From NCBI GenBank assembly GCA_965655095.1, contig OZ296658.1, positions 88,722,001 through 88,786,000 on the forward strand: 64,000 bases of DNA. The letters are read 5' to 3'. Below, in pieces: positions 11,674-25,700 of the stretch. Position 1 is the first letter of the stretch; each line of letters starts with the position of its first letter. The notes below the pieces were generated by a model. It made no database searches. It was not told the DNA's origin and saw only the letters and a program-made list of their open reading frames with translations. The stretch is from Haplodiscus bocki (Eukaryota). The position numbers were made by a program, and so were the translations under genes.

Positions 11674-14600
11674 TACTAGAGGTAACAACATCACTTTGTT
11701 AGTAATAGAAAATACAAGTAGAAAACCCTCGAGAGACTGGAATTTTAGATGAATGTTTCCAAGAAATGTTTTTCTATTGGAATTCCATTAGTGCTTCGGG
11801 AAAAATGGATGGTGGGATTGAGGAGTTCTCAAGTTTACAAAATAGTTTGAATGATTTGACTGATAGAAACATTATATGAATTTTTCTAACCCATGTTTGT
11901 TATGAACGAAAACCTGTAGATAATGGTAATTTGGAATTAATGCTGATGGCCAATACCCCAAGCAACATAATTTACAATTCAATCTAGAACTGGCTGATTC
12001 TTATGGAAGTGATAGAAGTTTTGATGAGGATTTTCTTTGCTTGCATGATCTTGATCATTAAAAACTTTGAAAAAGCTATAATTGAGGGTTTAAACGGGGA
12101 CATCAGATCTCATTTTTGAAGGAGACCCAGATGTGTAGATCAGTATGCAATCAACATTATGGGCAAGAAGTTTATGCACTCCCTTTACTTTGATCCGGTT
12201 GAAACTGTTTACACTCCACCTGGTTTATGTGAGATTACTGACATCGATAAAGCAATTGGAATTGAAGTTTGAACAGATGATTCCTCAAGGAAATGTCTTC
12301 GCACAACACATCATTATTTAGTGTACACTTAAGGAAAAAATGAATTTTTTGGTTTTACTTTTCAATTTAGAAGCTGTAGAACAATTGGTTTGTGTTTTGG
12401 AGTTTGTCTTTGACTAGTCCAACAGTGATTAGGAATTTGTTGTGGAAGCTATAAAAGAGAATGTGCTTGCCTAAAAATTAGCTTTCGGTTCATTCAAAAG
12501 AGAAAAGGAGTTTGTTGAATGAGCTTTAAAAATTGGTTTTCTTCCAAAGTAAACTGCTGAACTGGTTAAAAGTGGAATATTAATGCTACTTAAGCTTTAA
12601 GACGTAATGTTTTTTTAGATCACCCTTTGCTTCTGACTTACTGCACAATGATAAGCTGTAAATTAAATTTGTCTGGCTCTAGAATTCGCTCATAGAATTC
12701 CGGAGATGGTTAGGATGTTGTTTCATTGACCATAATGTTTTTCGTGGTCAAGTGTGTGCTTCTTAGAAATTAGGAAATAATGAAGTTCTTGTAAGTGCTG
12801 TAAAGTCAACTGTGTTCTTCATCTTTCGCCTGAGAAAAATTCTAAAAATTGTTGAAGAATCGGAAGAAAGGTATGGGTTGATGTTGGCACAAGCATCAGA
12901 TAATTTGAAACTCGAAAATGCAGTTGTTTTTAGACAGTTAAAGAACCTAAAATGCCGTTTATTTGCACGCGAATAAATAATTAATTGGTATAGCAGCTGT
13001 TGAATATGGTCTCCAAGTTGGATGTTTGCTAATCTAAACAGTAGCTTAAAATGAATTCCATTGCTGAAATCAAGGAATTTAGTCAACGCGAGTTCCTTTT
13101 TGGTAATACTTTTGTTTAATCACCAGCAATAAATTTGACTCCACTTTCTAGTTAACATTGTTGGAGAAAGGCTATTTTTAACGTGAGCACTTCGGTAGAA
13201 AAATAGGTACAACTTCTCTCTTAATATTTAGGACAACCACTGGTTTGGAACAAACAGTTTTTTTCGATGAGATAGGAACCTAGCTACCAAAAAAGAACCA
13301 ACAACTCAAAAAAATTACTATCCTGAAAGGAACTGAAATCAGAGATTTGATTTTGCTGAAATTTCTGGAGTTACTATAATTGACGAAAAGGAGTTTAGTT
13401 CAAGGAAACGAATTTATTGCGAATTGAGATCAAATCGAAAAATTGATGTTTAAGGTTGATGCTCTGTTAAGAACAAACTTTCGAAGTGGTTTTCCCGAAG
13501 GAAACGCAATTCGATGCTTTAATGTACAATAGACTAAAGTGCGAAACAGGATATTTGTGGAGACAACTCGTTTCAAAAATATGTTCAATTGTTGTAAATG
13601 TTTTTCAAAATTGGTTTCTTTGCAATTGTTAGCATTAGTAGAATTTTTAGCAAATTATGATCCATGAAATAACACAACAAGCAAAGTAATATAAAAGAAA
13701 TACTCATTGAATTAGAATTGGTTAGTGTGAATACTTTTATGAAATTTGGTCTGGCATTAACAGCATCTGCCTTCAACCAACTTCTAGAACTCACTGGATT
13801 TTGTTTTCTGAAAATTACTGTTTAAATTCGTATGGTTGTGCGCAACGAAAAGTGTTACTGAATCAACTGCCAAGGGAGCGTGGCGATTGTATTAACCTTT
13901 AATACGGAATCCATCAACGATAGCTTACTTGCACGTTAGTGTTTGTATTCTGGATCTTTTTAACCATATGAGTTTCAAATATCAGAACAAATGACCATTA
14001 TTTCAAACCTGCGGAGTAAGGTTCCTCAGCGAAGCGTTTTCGAGTCTCCTATTGGACATCTCAAAGGATAACAACCTCTTTCATAGACCCAAATAGAAAT
14101 CGATTGAACGAAGCACTACAAAACTTCAAAATTTTGCAGTCAATTTGTCATGTCTTCGAGTTGTGTTGACTGCATCACTAACTGCGTGTTGACTGGAAGA
14201 TTTTTGAATTTGTCGGTAAAAATTCATAGACCGATCTGAATGCACTTCAATAAGAATGTGAGTCTCCTCTACTAGAGGTAACAACATCACTTTGTTAGTA
14301 ATAGAAAATACAAGTAGAAAACCCTCGAGAGACTGGAATTTTAGATGAATGTTTCCAAGAAATGTTTTTCTATTGGAATTCCATTAGTGCTTCGGGAAAA
14401 ATGGATGGTGGGATTGAGGAGTTCTCAAGTTTACAAAATAGTTTGAATGATTTGACTGATAGAAACATTATATGAATTTTTCTAACCCATGTTTGTTATG
14501 AACGAAAACCTGTAGATAATGGTAATTTGGAATTAATGCTGATGGCCAATACCCCAAGCAACATAATTTACAATTCAATCTAGAACTGGCTGATTCTTAT

Positions 14601-16700
14601 GGAAGTGATAGAAGTTTTGATGAGGATTTTCTTTGCTTGCATGATCTTGATCATTAAAAACTTTGAAAAAGCTATAATTGAGGGTTTAAACGGGGACATC
14701 AGATCTCATTTTTGAAGGAGACCCAGATGTGTAGATCAGTATGCAATCAACATTATGGGCAAGAAGTTTATGCACTCCCTTTACTTTGATCCGGTTGAAA
14801 CTGTTTACACTCCACCTGGTTTATGTGAGATTACTGACATCGATAAAGCAATTGGAATTGAAGTTTGAACAGATGATTCCTCAAGGAAATGTCTTCGCAC
14901 AACACATCATTATTTAGTGTACACTTAAGGAAAAAATGAATTTTTTGGTTTTACTTTTCAATTTAGAAGCTGTAGAACAATTGGTTTGTGTTTTGGAGTT
15001 TGTCTTTGACTAGTCCAACAGTGATTAGGAATTTGTTGTGGAAGCTATAAAAGAGAATGTGCTTGCCTAAAAATTAGCTTTCGGTTCATTCAAAAGAGAA
15101 AAGGAGTTTGTTGAATGAGCTTTAAAAATTGGTTTTCTTCCAAAGTAAACTGCTGAACTGGTTAAAAGTGGAATATTAATGCTACTTAAGCTTTAAGACG
15201 TAATGTTTTTTTAGATCACCCTTTGCTTCTGACTTACTGCACAATGATAAGCTGTAAATTAAATTTGTCTGGCTCTAGAATTCGCTCATAGAATTCCGGA
15301 GATGGTTAGGATGTTGTTTCATTGACCATAATGTTTTTCGTGGTCAAGTGTGTGCTTCTTAGAAATTAGGAAATAATGAAGTTCTTGTAAGTGCTGTAAA
15401 GTCAACTGTGTTCTTCATCTTTCGCCTGAGAAAAATTCTAAAAATTGTTGAAGAATCGGAAGAAAGGTATGGGTTGATGTTGGCACAAGCATCAGATAAT
15501 TTGAAACTCGAAAATGCAGTTGTTTTTAGACAGTTAAAGAACCTAAAATGCCGTTTATTTGCACGCGAATAAATAATTAATTGGTATAGCAGCTGTTGAA
15601 TATGGTCTCCAAGTTGGATGTTTGCTAATCTAAACAGTAGCTTAAAATGAATTCCATTGCTGAAATCAAGGAATTTAGTCAACGCGAGTTCCTTTTTGGT
15701 AATACTTTTGTTTAATCACCAGCAATAAATTTGACTCCACTTTCTAGTTAACATTGTTGGAGAAAGGCTATTTTTAACGTGAGCACTTCGGTAGAAAAAT
15801 AGGTACAACTTCTCTCTTAATATTTAGGACAACCACTGGTTTGGAACAAACAGTTTTTTTCGATGAGATAGGAACCTAGCTACCAAAAAAGAACCAACAA
15901 CTCAAAAAAATTACTATCCTGAAAGGAACTGAAATCAGAGATTTGATTTTGCTGAAATTTCTGGAGTTACTATAATTGACGAAAAGGAGTTTAGTTCAAG
16001 GAAACGAATTTATTGCGAATTGAGATCAAATCGAAAAATTGATGTTTAAGGTTGATGCTCTGTTAAGAACAAACTTTCGAAGTGGTTTTCCCGAAGGAAA
16101 CGCAATTCGATGCTTTAATGTACAATAGACTAAAGTGCGAAACAGGATATTTGTGGAGACAACTCGTTTCAAAAATATGTTCAATTGTTGTAAATGTTTT
16201 TCAAAATTGGTTTCTTTGCAATTGTTAGCATTAGTAGAATTTTTAGCAAATTATGATCCATGAAATAACACAACAAGCAAAGTAATATAAAAGAAATACT
16301 CATTGAATTAGAATTGGTTAGTGTGAATACTTTTATGAAATTTGGTCTGGCATTAACAGCATCTGCCTTCAACCAACTTCTAGAACTCACTGGATTTTGT
16401 TTTCTGAAAATTACTGTTTAAATTCGTATGGTTGTGCGCAACGAAAAGTGTTACTGAATCAACTGCCAAGGGAGCGTGGCGATTGTATTAACCTTTAATA
16501 CGGAATCCATCAACGATAGCTTACTTGCACGTTAGTGTTTTTATTCTGGATCTTTTTAACCATATGAGTTTCAAATATCAGAACAAATGACCTTTATTTC
16601 AAACCTGCGGAGTAAGGTTCCTCAGCGAAGCGTTTTCGAGTCTCCTATTGGACATCTCAAAGGATAACAACCTCTTTCATAGACCCAAATAGAAATCGAT
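11674..16700 (+). repeat. Near-identical recent tandem duplication, period 2,596 bp (units 5/6)
   Basis: Identical ORFs at 12763/15359 and 13585/16181, both offset by 2596. Shared private variants TTTGCTTGCATG, GAGATTACTG and AATCACCAGC. Confidence 0.9.
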
Positions 16701-19700
16701 TGAACGAAGCACAAAACTTCAAAATTTTGCAGTTAATTTGTCATGTCTTCGAGTTGTGTTGACTGCGTCACTAACTGCTGGTTGACTGGAAGATTTTTGA
16801 GTTTGTCGGTAAAAATAAATGGACCGATCTCAATTTACTTCAATAATGAATGTGAGTCTCTTCTACTAAAGAGTCTCTTCTTTTAAACTTCAGTTTCAGA
16901 TATCAAAACATTTACTCGAAACCTGTGGAGTTAGGTTCCTCAGCGAAGCGATTTCAAATCTTCGATATGACATCTCAAATGATAACAGGATAACAACCTC
17001 GTTGATGAATCTAATCAAATCGATTGAACAAAGCACTACAAAACCAAAAGTTTTTGCAGCTCAATGATCGTCTCTTCGAGATCTGTTGACTGCGTCAATA
17101 ACTGCTAGTTGACTGGAAGAGATGGTAGCTAAAATCAAAAAGACCCATCTGAATCTTATTCAAAAACGAAAGTGGGTCTCTTCGACTAAAGGTAGCAACA
17201 TCACCTCAGTTGGTAATAGAAAATAAACATGAAAAACACTCGAAAGATTGGTTTTTTAAATCAATGATTCCATAAATTGCTTTTCTTTTGGAAATCCGTC
17301 ACAGCTTGGGGAAGAATGGGTGGTGGGATTAAGAAGTTCTCCAGGTTACAGAATAGTTTAATTAATACAACTGATAGAAACATCAGATGAAAGTTTCTTA
17401 CCCCTGTTTATGAACGAAAACCTGTAGATAATGGTAATTTGGAATTAATGCTGATGGCCAATACCCCAAGCAACATAATTTACAATTCAATCTAGAACTG
17501 GCTGATTCTTATGGAAGTGATAGAAGTTTTGATGAGGATTTTCTTTGTTTGCATGATCTTGATCATTAAAAACTTTGAAAAAGCTATAATTGAGGGTTTA
17601 AAGGGGGACATCAGATCTCATATTTGGAGGAGACATAGATGTGTTGATCGGTATGCAATCAACAGCATGGGCAAGAAGTTTATGCGCTCCCTGTGGTTTG
17701 ATCCAGTTGAATTTACCATCACTCCACCTGGATTATGTGAAATAACTGACATCGATAAAGCATTTGGAATTGAAGTTTGAACAGATGATTCCTCAAGGGA
17801 ATGTCTTCGCACAACACATCATTATTTAGTGTACACTTAAGGAAAAAATGAAGTTTTTGGTTTTACTTTTCAATTTAGAAGCTGTAGAACAATTGGTTTG
17901 TGTTTTAGAGTTTGTCTTTGACTAGTCCAACAGTGATTAGGAATTTGTTGTGGAAGCTATAAAAGAGAATGTGCTTGCCTGAAAATTAGCTTTCGGTTCA
18001 TTCAAAAGAGAAAAGGAGTTTGTTGAATGAGCTTTAAAAATTGGTTTTCTTCCAAAGTAAACTGCTGAACTGGTTAAAAGTGGAATATTAATGCTACTTA
18101 AGCTTTAAGACGTAATTTTTTTAGATCACCCTTTGCTTCTGACTTACTGCACAATGATAAGCTGTAAATTAAATTTGTCTGGCTCTAGAATTCGCTCATA
18201 GAATTCCGGAGATGGTTAGGATGTTGTTTCATTGACCATAATGTTTTTCGTGGTCAAGTGTGTGCTTCTTAGAAATTAGGAAATAATGAAGTTCTTGTAA
18301 GTGCTGTAAAGTCAACTGTGTTCTTCATCTTTCGCCTGAGAAAAATTCTAAAAATTGTTGAAGAATCGGAAGAAAGGTATGGGTTGATGTTGGCACAAGC
18401 ATCAGATAATTTGAAACTCGAAAATGCAGTTGTTTTTAGACAGTTAAAGAACCTAAAATGCCGTTTATTTGCACGCGAATAAATAATTAATTGGTATAGC
18501 AGCTGTTGAATATGGTCTCCAAGTTGGATGTTTGCTAATCTAAACAGTAGCTTAAAATGAATTCCATTGCTGAAATCAAGGAATTTAGTCAACGCGAGTT
18601 CCTTTATGGTAATACTTCTGTTTAATCACAAGCAATAAATTTGACTCCGCTTTCTAGTTAACATTGTTGGAGAAAGGCTATTTTTAACGTGAGCACTTCG
18701 GTAGAAAAATAGGTACAACTTCTCTCTTAATATTTAGGACAACCACTGGTTTGGAACAAACAGTTTTTTTTCGATGAAATAGGAACCTAGCTACCAAAAA
18801 AGAACCAACAACTCAAAAAAATTACTATCCTGAAAGGAACTGAAATCAGAGATTTGATTTTGCTGAAATTTCTGGAGTTACTATAATTGACGAAAAGGAG
18901 TTTAGTTCAAGGAAACGAATTTATTGCGAACTGAGATCAAATCGAAAAGTTGATGTTTAAGGTTGATGCTCTGTTAAAAACAAACTTTCAAAGTCGTTTT
19001 CCTGAAGGAAACTCAATTCGATGCTTTAATGTACAATAGAATAAAGTGCGAAACAGTATATTTGTGGAGACAAATCGTTTCAAAAATGATGTTCAAATGC
19101 TGTAATTTTTTTTTCAAATTTGGTTTTCTCTGCATTTGTTAGCATTAGTAGACTTTTTAGCAAAATATGATCCACGAAATAACACAACAAGCAAAGTAAT
19201 TTAGAAGAAATACTCATTGAAGTAGAATTGGTTAGTGTGAATTCCCATTTGAAAGTTGGTCTTGTATTAACAGCATCTGCCTTCAACCAACTTCTGGAAC
19301 TCACTGGATTTTGTTTTCTGAAAATTACCGTTTAAATTCGTATGGTTGTGCGCAACGAAAAGTATTACTGAATCAACTGCCAAGGGAGCGTGGCGATTGT
19401 ATTAACCTTTAATACGGAATCCATCAACGATAGCTTACTTGCACGTTAGTGTTTGTATTCTGGATCTTTTTAACCATATGAGTTTCAAATATCAGAACAA
19501 ATGACCATTATTTCAAACCTGCGGAGTAAGGTTCCTCAGCGAAGCGTTTTCGAGTCTCCTATTGGACATCTCAAAGGATAACAACCTCTTTCATAGACCC
19601 AAATAGAAATCGATTGAACGAAGCACAAAACTTCAAAATTTTGCAGTTAATTTGTCATGTCTTCGAGTTGTGTTGACTGGGTCACTAACTGCTGGTTGAC

Positions 19701-22700
19701 TGGAAGATTTTTGAGTTTGTCGGTAAAAATAAATGGACCGATCTCAATTTACTTATATAATGAATGTGAGTCTCTTTTACTAAACAGTCTCTTCTTTTAA
19801 ACTTCAGTTTCAGATATCAAAACATTTACTCGAAACCTGTGGAGTTAGGTTCCTCAGCGAAGCGATTTCAAATCTTCGATATGACATCTCAAATGATAAC
19901 AGGATAACAACCTCGTTGATGAATCTAATCAAATCGATTGAACAAAGCACTACAAAACCAAAAGTTTTTGCAGCTCAATGATCGTCTCTTCGAGATCTGT
20001 TGACTGCGTCAATAACTGCTAGTTGACTGGAAGATTTTTGAGATGGTAGCTAAAATCAAAGAGACCCATCTGAATCTTCTTCAACAACGAAAGTGGGTCT
20101 CTTCGACTAAAGGTAGCAACATCACCTCAGTTGGTAATAGAAAATAAACATGAAAAACACTCGAAAGATTGGTTTTTTAAATCAATGATTCCATAAATTG
20201 CTTTTCTTTTGGAAATCCGTCACAGCTTGGGGAAGAATGGGTGGTGGGATTAAGAAGTTCTCCAGGTTACAGAATAGTTTAATTAATACAACTGATAGAA
20301 ACATCAGATGAAAGTTTCTTACCCCTGTTTATGAACGAAAACCTGTAGATAATGGTAATTTGGAATTAATGCTGATGGCCAATACCCCAAGCAACATAAT
20401 TTACAATTCAATCTAGAACTGGCTGATTCTTATGGAAGTGATAGAAGTTTTGATGAGGATTTTCTTTGTTTGCATGATCTTGATCATTAAAAACTTTGAA
20501 AAAGCTATAATTGAGGGTTTAAAGGGGGACATCAGATCTCATATTTGAAGGAGACATAGATGTGTTGATCGGTATGCAATCAACAGCATGGGCAAGAAGT
20601 TTATGCGCTCCCTGTGGTTTGATCCAGTTGAATTTACCATCAATCCACCTGGATTATGTGAAATAACTGACATCGATAAAGCATTTGGAATTGAAGTTTG
20701 AACAGATGATTCCTCAAGGGAATGTCTTCGCACAACACATCATTATTTAGTGTACACTTAAGGAAAAAATGAAGTTTTTGGTTTTACTTTTCAATTCAGA
20801 AGCTGTAGAACAATTGGTTTGTGTTTTGGAGTTGGTCTTTGACTAGTCCAACAGTGATTAGGAATTTGTTGTGGAAGCTATAAAAGAGAATGCGCTTGCC
20901 TGAAAATTAGCTTTCGGTTCATTCAAAAGAGAAAAGGAGTTTGTTGAATGAGCTTTAAAAATTGGTTTTCTTCCAAAGTAAGCTGCTGAACTGGTTAAAA
21001 GTGGAATATTAATGCTACTTAAGCTTTAAGACGTAATGTTTTTTTAGATCACCCTTTGCTTCTGACTTACTGCACAATGATAAGCTGTAAATTAAATTTG
21101 TCTGGCTCTAGAATTCGCTCATAGAATTCCGGAGATGGTTAGGATGTTGTTTCATTGACCATAATGTTTTTCGTGGTCAAGTGTGTGCTTCTTAGAAATT
21201 AGGAAATAATGAAGTTCTTGTAAATGCTGTAAAGTCAACTGTGTTCTTCATCTTTCGCCTGAGAAAAATTCTAAAAATTGTTGAAGAATCGGAAGAAAGG
21301 TATGGGTTGATGTTGGCACAAGCATCAGATAATTTGAAACTCGAAAATGCAGTTGTTTTTAGACAGTTAAAGAACCTAAAATGCCGTTTATTTGCACGCG
21401 AATAAATAATTAATTGGTATAGCAGCTGTTGAATATGGTCTCCAAGTTGGATGTTTGCTAATCTAAACAGTAGCTTAAAATGAATTCCATTGCTGAAATC
21501 AAGGAATTTAGTCAACGCGAGTTCCTTTATGGTAATACTTCTGTTTAATCACAAGCAATAAATTTGACTCCGCTTTCTAGTTAACATTGTTGGAGAAAGG
21601 CTATTTTTAACGTGAGCACTTCGGTAGAAAAATAGGTACAACTTCTCTCTTAATATTTAGGACAACCACTGGTTTGGAACAAACAGTTTTTTTCGATGAG
21701 ATAGGAACCTAGCTACCAAAAAAGAACCAACAACTCAAAAAAATTACTATCCTGAAAGGAACTGAAATCAGAGATTTGATTTTGCTGAAATTTCTGGAGT
21801 TACTATAATTGACGAAAAGGAGTTTAGTTCAAGGAAACGAATTTATTGCGAACTGAGATCAAATCGAAAAGTTGATGTTTAAGGTTGATGCTCTGTTAAA
21901 AACAAACTTTCAAAGTCGTTTTCCTGAAGGAAACTCAATTCGATGCTTTAATGTACAATAGAATAAAGTGCGAAACAGTATATTTGTGGAGACAAATCGT
22001 TTCAAAAATGATGTTCAAATGCTGTAATTTTTTTTTCAAATTTGGTTTTCTCTGCATTTGTTAGCATTAGTAGACTTTTTAGCAAAATATGATCCACGAA
22101 ATAACACAACAAGCAAAGTAATTTAGAAGAAATACTCATTGAAGTAGAATTGGTTAGTGTGAATTCCTATTTGAAAGTTGGTCTTGTATTAACAGCATCT
22201 GCCTTCAACCAACTTCTGGAACTCACTGGATTTTGTTTTCTGAAAATTACCGTTTAAATTCGTATGGTTGTGCGCAACGAAAAGTATTACTGAATCAACT
22301 GCCAAGGGAGCGTGGCGATTGTATTAACCTTTAATACGGAATCCATCAACGATAGCTTACTTGCACGTTAGTGTTTGTATTCTGGATCTTTTTAACCATA
22401 TGAGTTTCAAATATCAGAACAAATGACCATTATTTCAAACCTGCGGAGTAAGGTTCCTCAGCGAAGCGTTTTCGAGTCTCCTATTGGACATATCAAAGGA
22501 TAACAACCTCTTTCATAGACCCAAATAGAAATCGATTGAACGAAGCACTACAAAACTTCAAAATTTTGCAGTTAATTTGTCATGTCTTCGAGTTGTGTGG
22601 ACTGCGTCACTAACTGCGTGTTGACTGGAAGATTTTTGAGTTTGTCGTTAAAAATAAATGGACCGATCTGAATCTACTTCACTAATGAATGTGAGTCTCT

Positions 22701-25700
22701 TCTACTAAAGAGTCTCTTTTTTTAAACTTTAATTTCAGATATCAAAACAAATACTCGAAACCTGTGGAGTTAGGTTCCTCAGCGAAGCGATTTCAAATCT
22801 TCGATATGACATCTCAAAGGATAACAGGATAACAACCTCGTTGATGAATCTAATCAAATCGATTGAACAAAGCACTACAAAACCTAAAATTTTTGCAGCT
22901 CAATGATCTTCTCTTCGGGATCTGTTGACTGCGTCAATAACTGCTAGTTGACTGGAAGATTTTTGGGTTTGTCGGTAAAAATTCATAGACCGATCTGAAT
23001 CCACTTCAATGAGAATGTGAGTCTCCTCTACTAGAGGTAACAACATCACTTTGTTAGTAATAGAAAATACAAGTAAAAAACCCTCGAGAGACTGGAATTT
23101 TAGATGAATGATTCCAAGAAATGTTTTTCTATTGGAATTCCATTAGTGCTTCGGGAAAAATGGATGGTGGGATTGAGGAGTTCTCAAGTTTACAGAATAG
23201 TTTGAATGATTTGACTGATGGAAACATTATATGAAATTTTCTAACCAGTGTTTGTTATGAACGAAAACCTGTAGATTATGGTAATTTGGATTTAATGCTG
23301 ATGGCCAATACCCCAAGCAACATAATTTACAATTCAATCTAGAACCGGTTGATTCTTATGAAAGTGATAGGAGTATTGATGAGGATTTTCTTCATTTGCA
23401 TGATCTTGATCATTAAAAACTTTGAAAAAGCTATAATTGAGGGTTTAAACGGGGACATCAGATCTCATTTTTGAAGGAGGCCCAGATGTGTAGATCACTA
23501 TGCAATCAACATTATGGGCAAGAAGTTTATGCACACCCTTTACTTTGATCCGGTTGAAACTGTTTACACTCCACCTGGTTTATGTGAGATGACTGACATC
23601 GATAAAGCAATTGGAATTGAAGTTTGATCAGATGATTTCTCAAGGAAATGTGTTCGCACAACACATCATTATTTAGTGTACACTTTAGGAAAGAATGAAG
23701 TTTTGGGTTTTACTTTTCAATTTAGAAGCTGTAGAACAATTCGTTTGTGTCTTTGACTAGTCGAACAGTGATGAGGAAATTGTTATGGAAGCTATAAAAA
23801 AGATTGTGCATGACTAGAAATTAGCTTTCGATTCATTCAAAAGAGAAAAGGAGTTTGTTGAATAAGCTCTAAAAAATGGTTTTCTTCCCACGTAAGCTGC
23901 TGAATTGGTTAAAAGTAGAATATTGTTGTTACTTAAGGTTTAAGACCTAATGTTTTTTAGATCAGTCTTCGCTTCTGACTCACTGCACAATGATAAGCTG
24001 TGAAATAAATTCGTCTAGCTTTAGATTTCGCTCATAGAATTCCGGAGATGGTTTGATGTTGTTTCATAGACCATAATTTTTTTTCGTGGTCAAGTTTGTG
24101 CTCCTTAGAAATTAGGAAATAGTGAAGTTCTTGTAAAAGCTGTAAAGTCACCCGTGTTCTTTATGTTTCGCGTCAGAAAAATGCTAAAAATTGTTGAAGA
24201 ATCTGTAGAAAAGTATGGGTTGATGTTGGCACAAGCATCAGATAATTTCATACTCGAAAATGCAGTTGTTTTTAGGCAGTTAAAGAACCTAAAAGTCCGG
24301 CTATTTGCATGCGAATAATTAAATAATTGGTATAGAAGCTATTGAATATGGTCTCCAAGTTGGATGTTTGCTAATCTAAACAGTAGCATAAATTGAATTC
24401 CAGTGCTGAAATCAAGGATATTAGTCATCGCGAATTCCTTAATGGTAATACTTTTGTTGAATCACAAGCAATAAAATTGACTCAGCTTTCCAGTTTACAT
24501 TGGTAGAGAAAGGTTATTTTTAACGTGATCAGTTTGGTAGAAAAATAGGTACAACTTCTTTCCTAATATTTAGGACAACCACTGGTTTGGAACAAACAGT
24601 TTTTTTCGATGAGATAGAAACCTAGCTACTAAAAAGGAACCAACAACTCAAAAAAAATACTATCCTGAAAGGAAGTGAAATCAGAGATTTGATTTTGCTG
24701 AAATTTCTGGAGTTACTATAAATGACGAAAGGGAGTTTAGTTCAAGGAAACGAATTTATTGCGAATTGAGATCAAATCGAAAAATTGATGTTTAAGGTTG
24801 ATGCTCTGTTAAGAACAAACTTTCGAAGTGGTTTTCCCGAAGGAAACGCAATTCGATGCTTTAATGTACAATAGACTAAAGTGCGAAACAGGATATTTGT
24901 GGAGACAACTCGTTTCAAAAATATGTTCAATTGTTGTAAATGTTTTTCAAAATTGGTTTCTTTGCAATTGTTAGCATTAGTAGAATTTTTAGCAGATTGT
25001 GATCCATGAAATAACACAACAAGCAAAGTAACATAAAAGAAATACTCATTGAATTAGAATTGGTTAGTGTGAATACTTTTATGAAATTTGGTCTGGCATT
25101 AACAGCATCTGCCTTCAACCAACTTCTAGAACTCACTGGATTTTGTTTTCTGAAAATTACTGTTTAAATTCGTATGGTTGTGCGCAACGAAAAGTGTTAC
25201 TGAATCAACTGCCAAGGGAGCGTGGCGATTGTATTAACCTTTAATACGGAATCCATCAACGATAGCTTACTTGCACGTTAGTGTTTGTATTCTGGATCTT
25301 TTTAACCATATGAGTTTCAAATATCAGAACAAATGACCATTATTTCAAACCTGCGGAGTAAGGTTCCTCAGCGAAGCGATTTCAAATCTTCGATATGACA
25401 TCTCAAAGGATAACAGGATAACAACCTCGTTGATGAATCTAATCAAATCGACTGAACAAAGCACTACAAAACCTAAAATTTTTGCAGCTCAATGATCTTC
25501 TCTTCGGGATCTGTTGACTGCGCCAATAACTGCTAGTTGACTGGAAGATTTTTGGGTTTGTCGGTAAAAATTCATAGACCGATCTGAATCCACTTCAATG
25601 AGAATGTGAGTCTCCTCTACTAGAGGTAACAACATCACTTTGTTAGTAATAGAAAATACAAGTAAAAAACCCTCGAGAGACTGGAATTTTAGATGAATGA

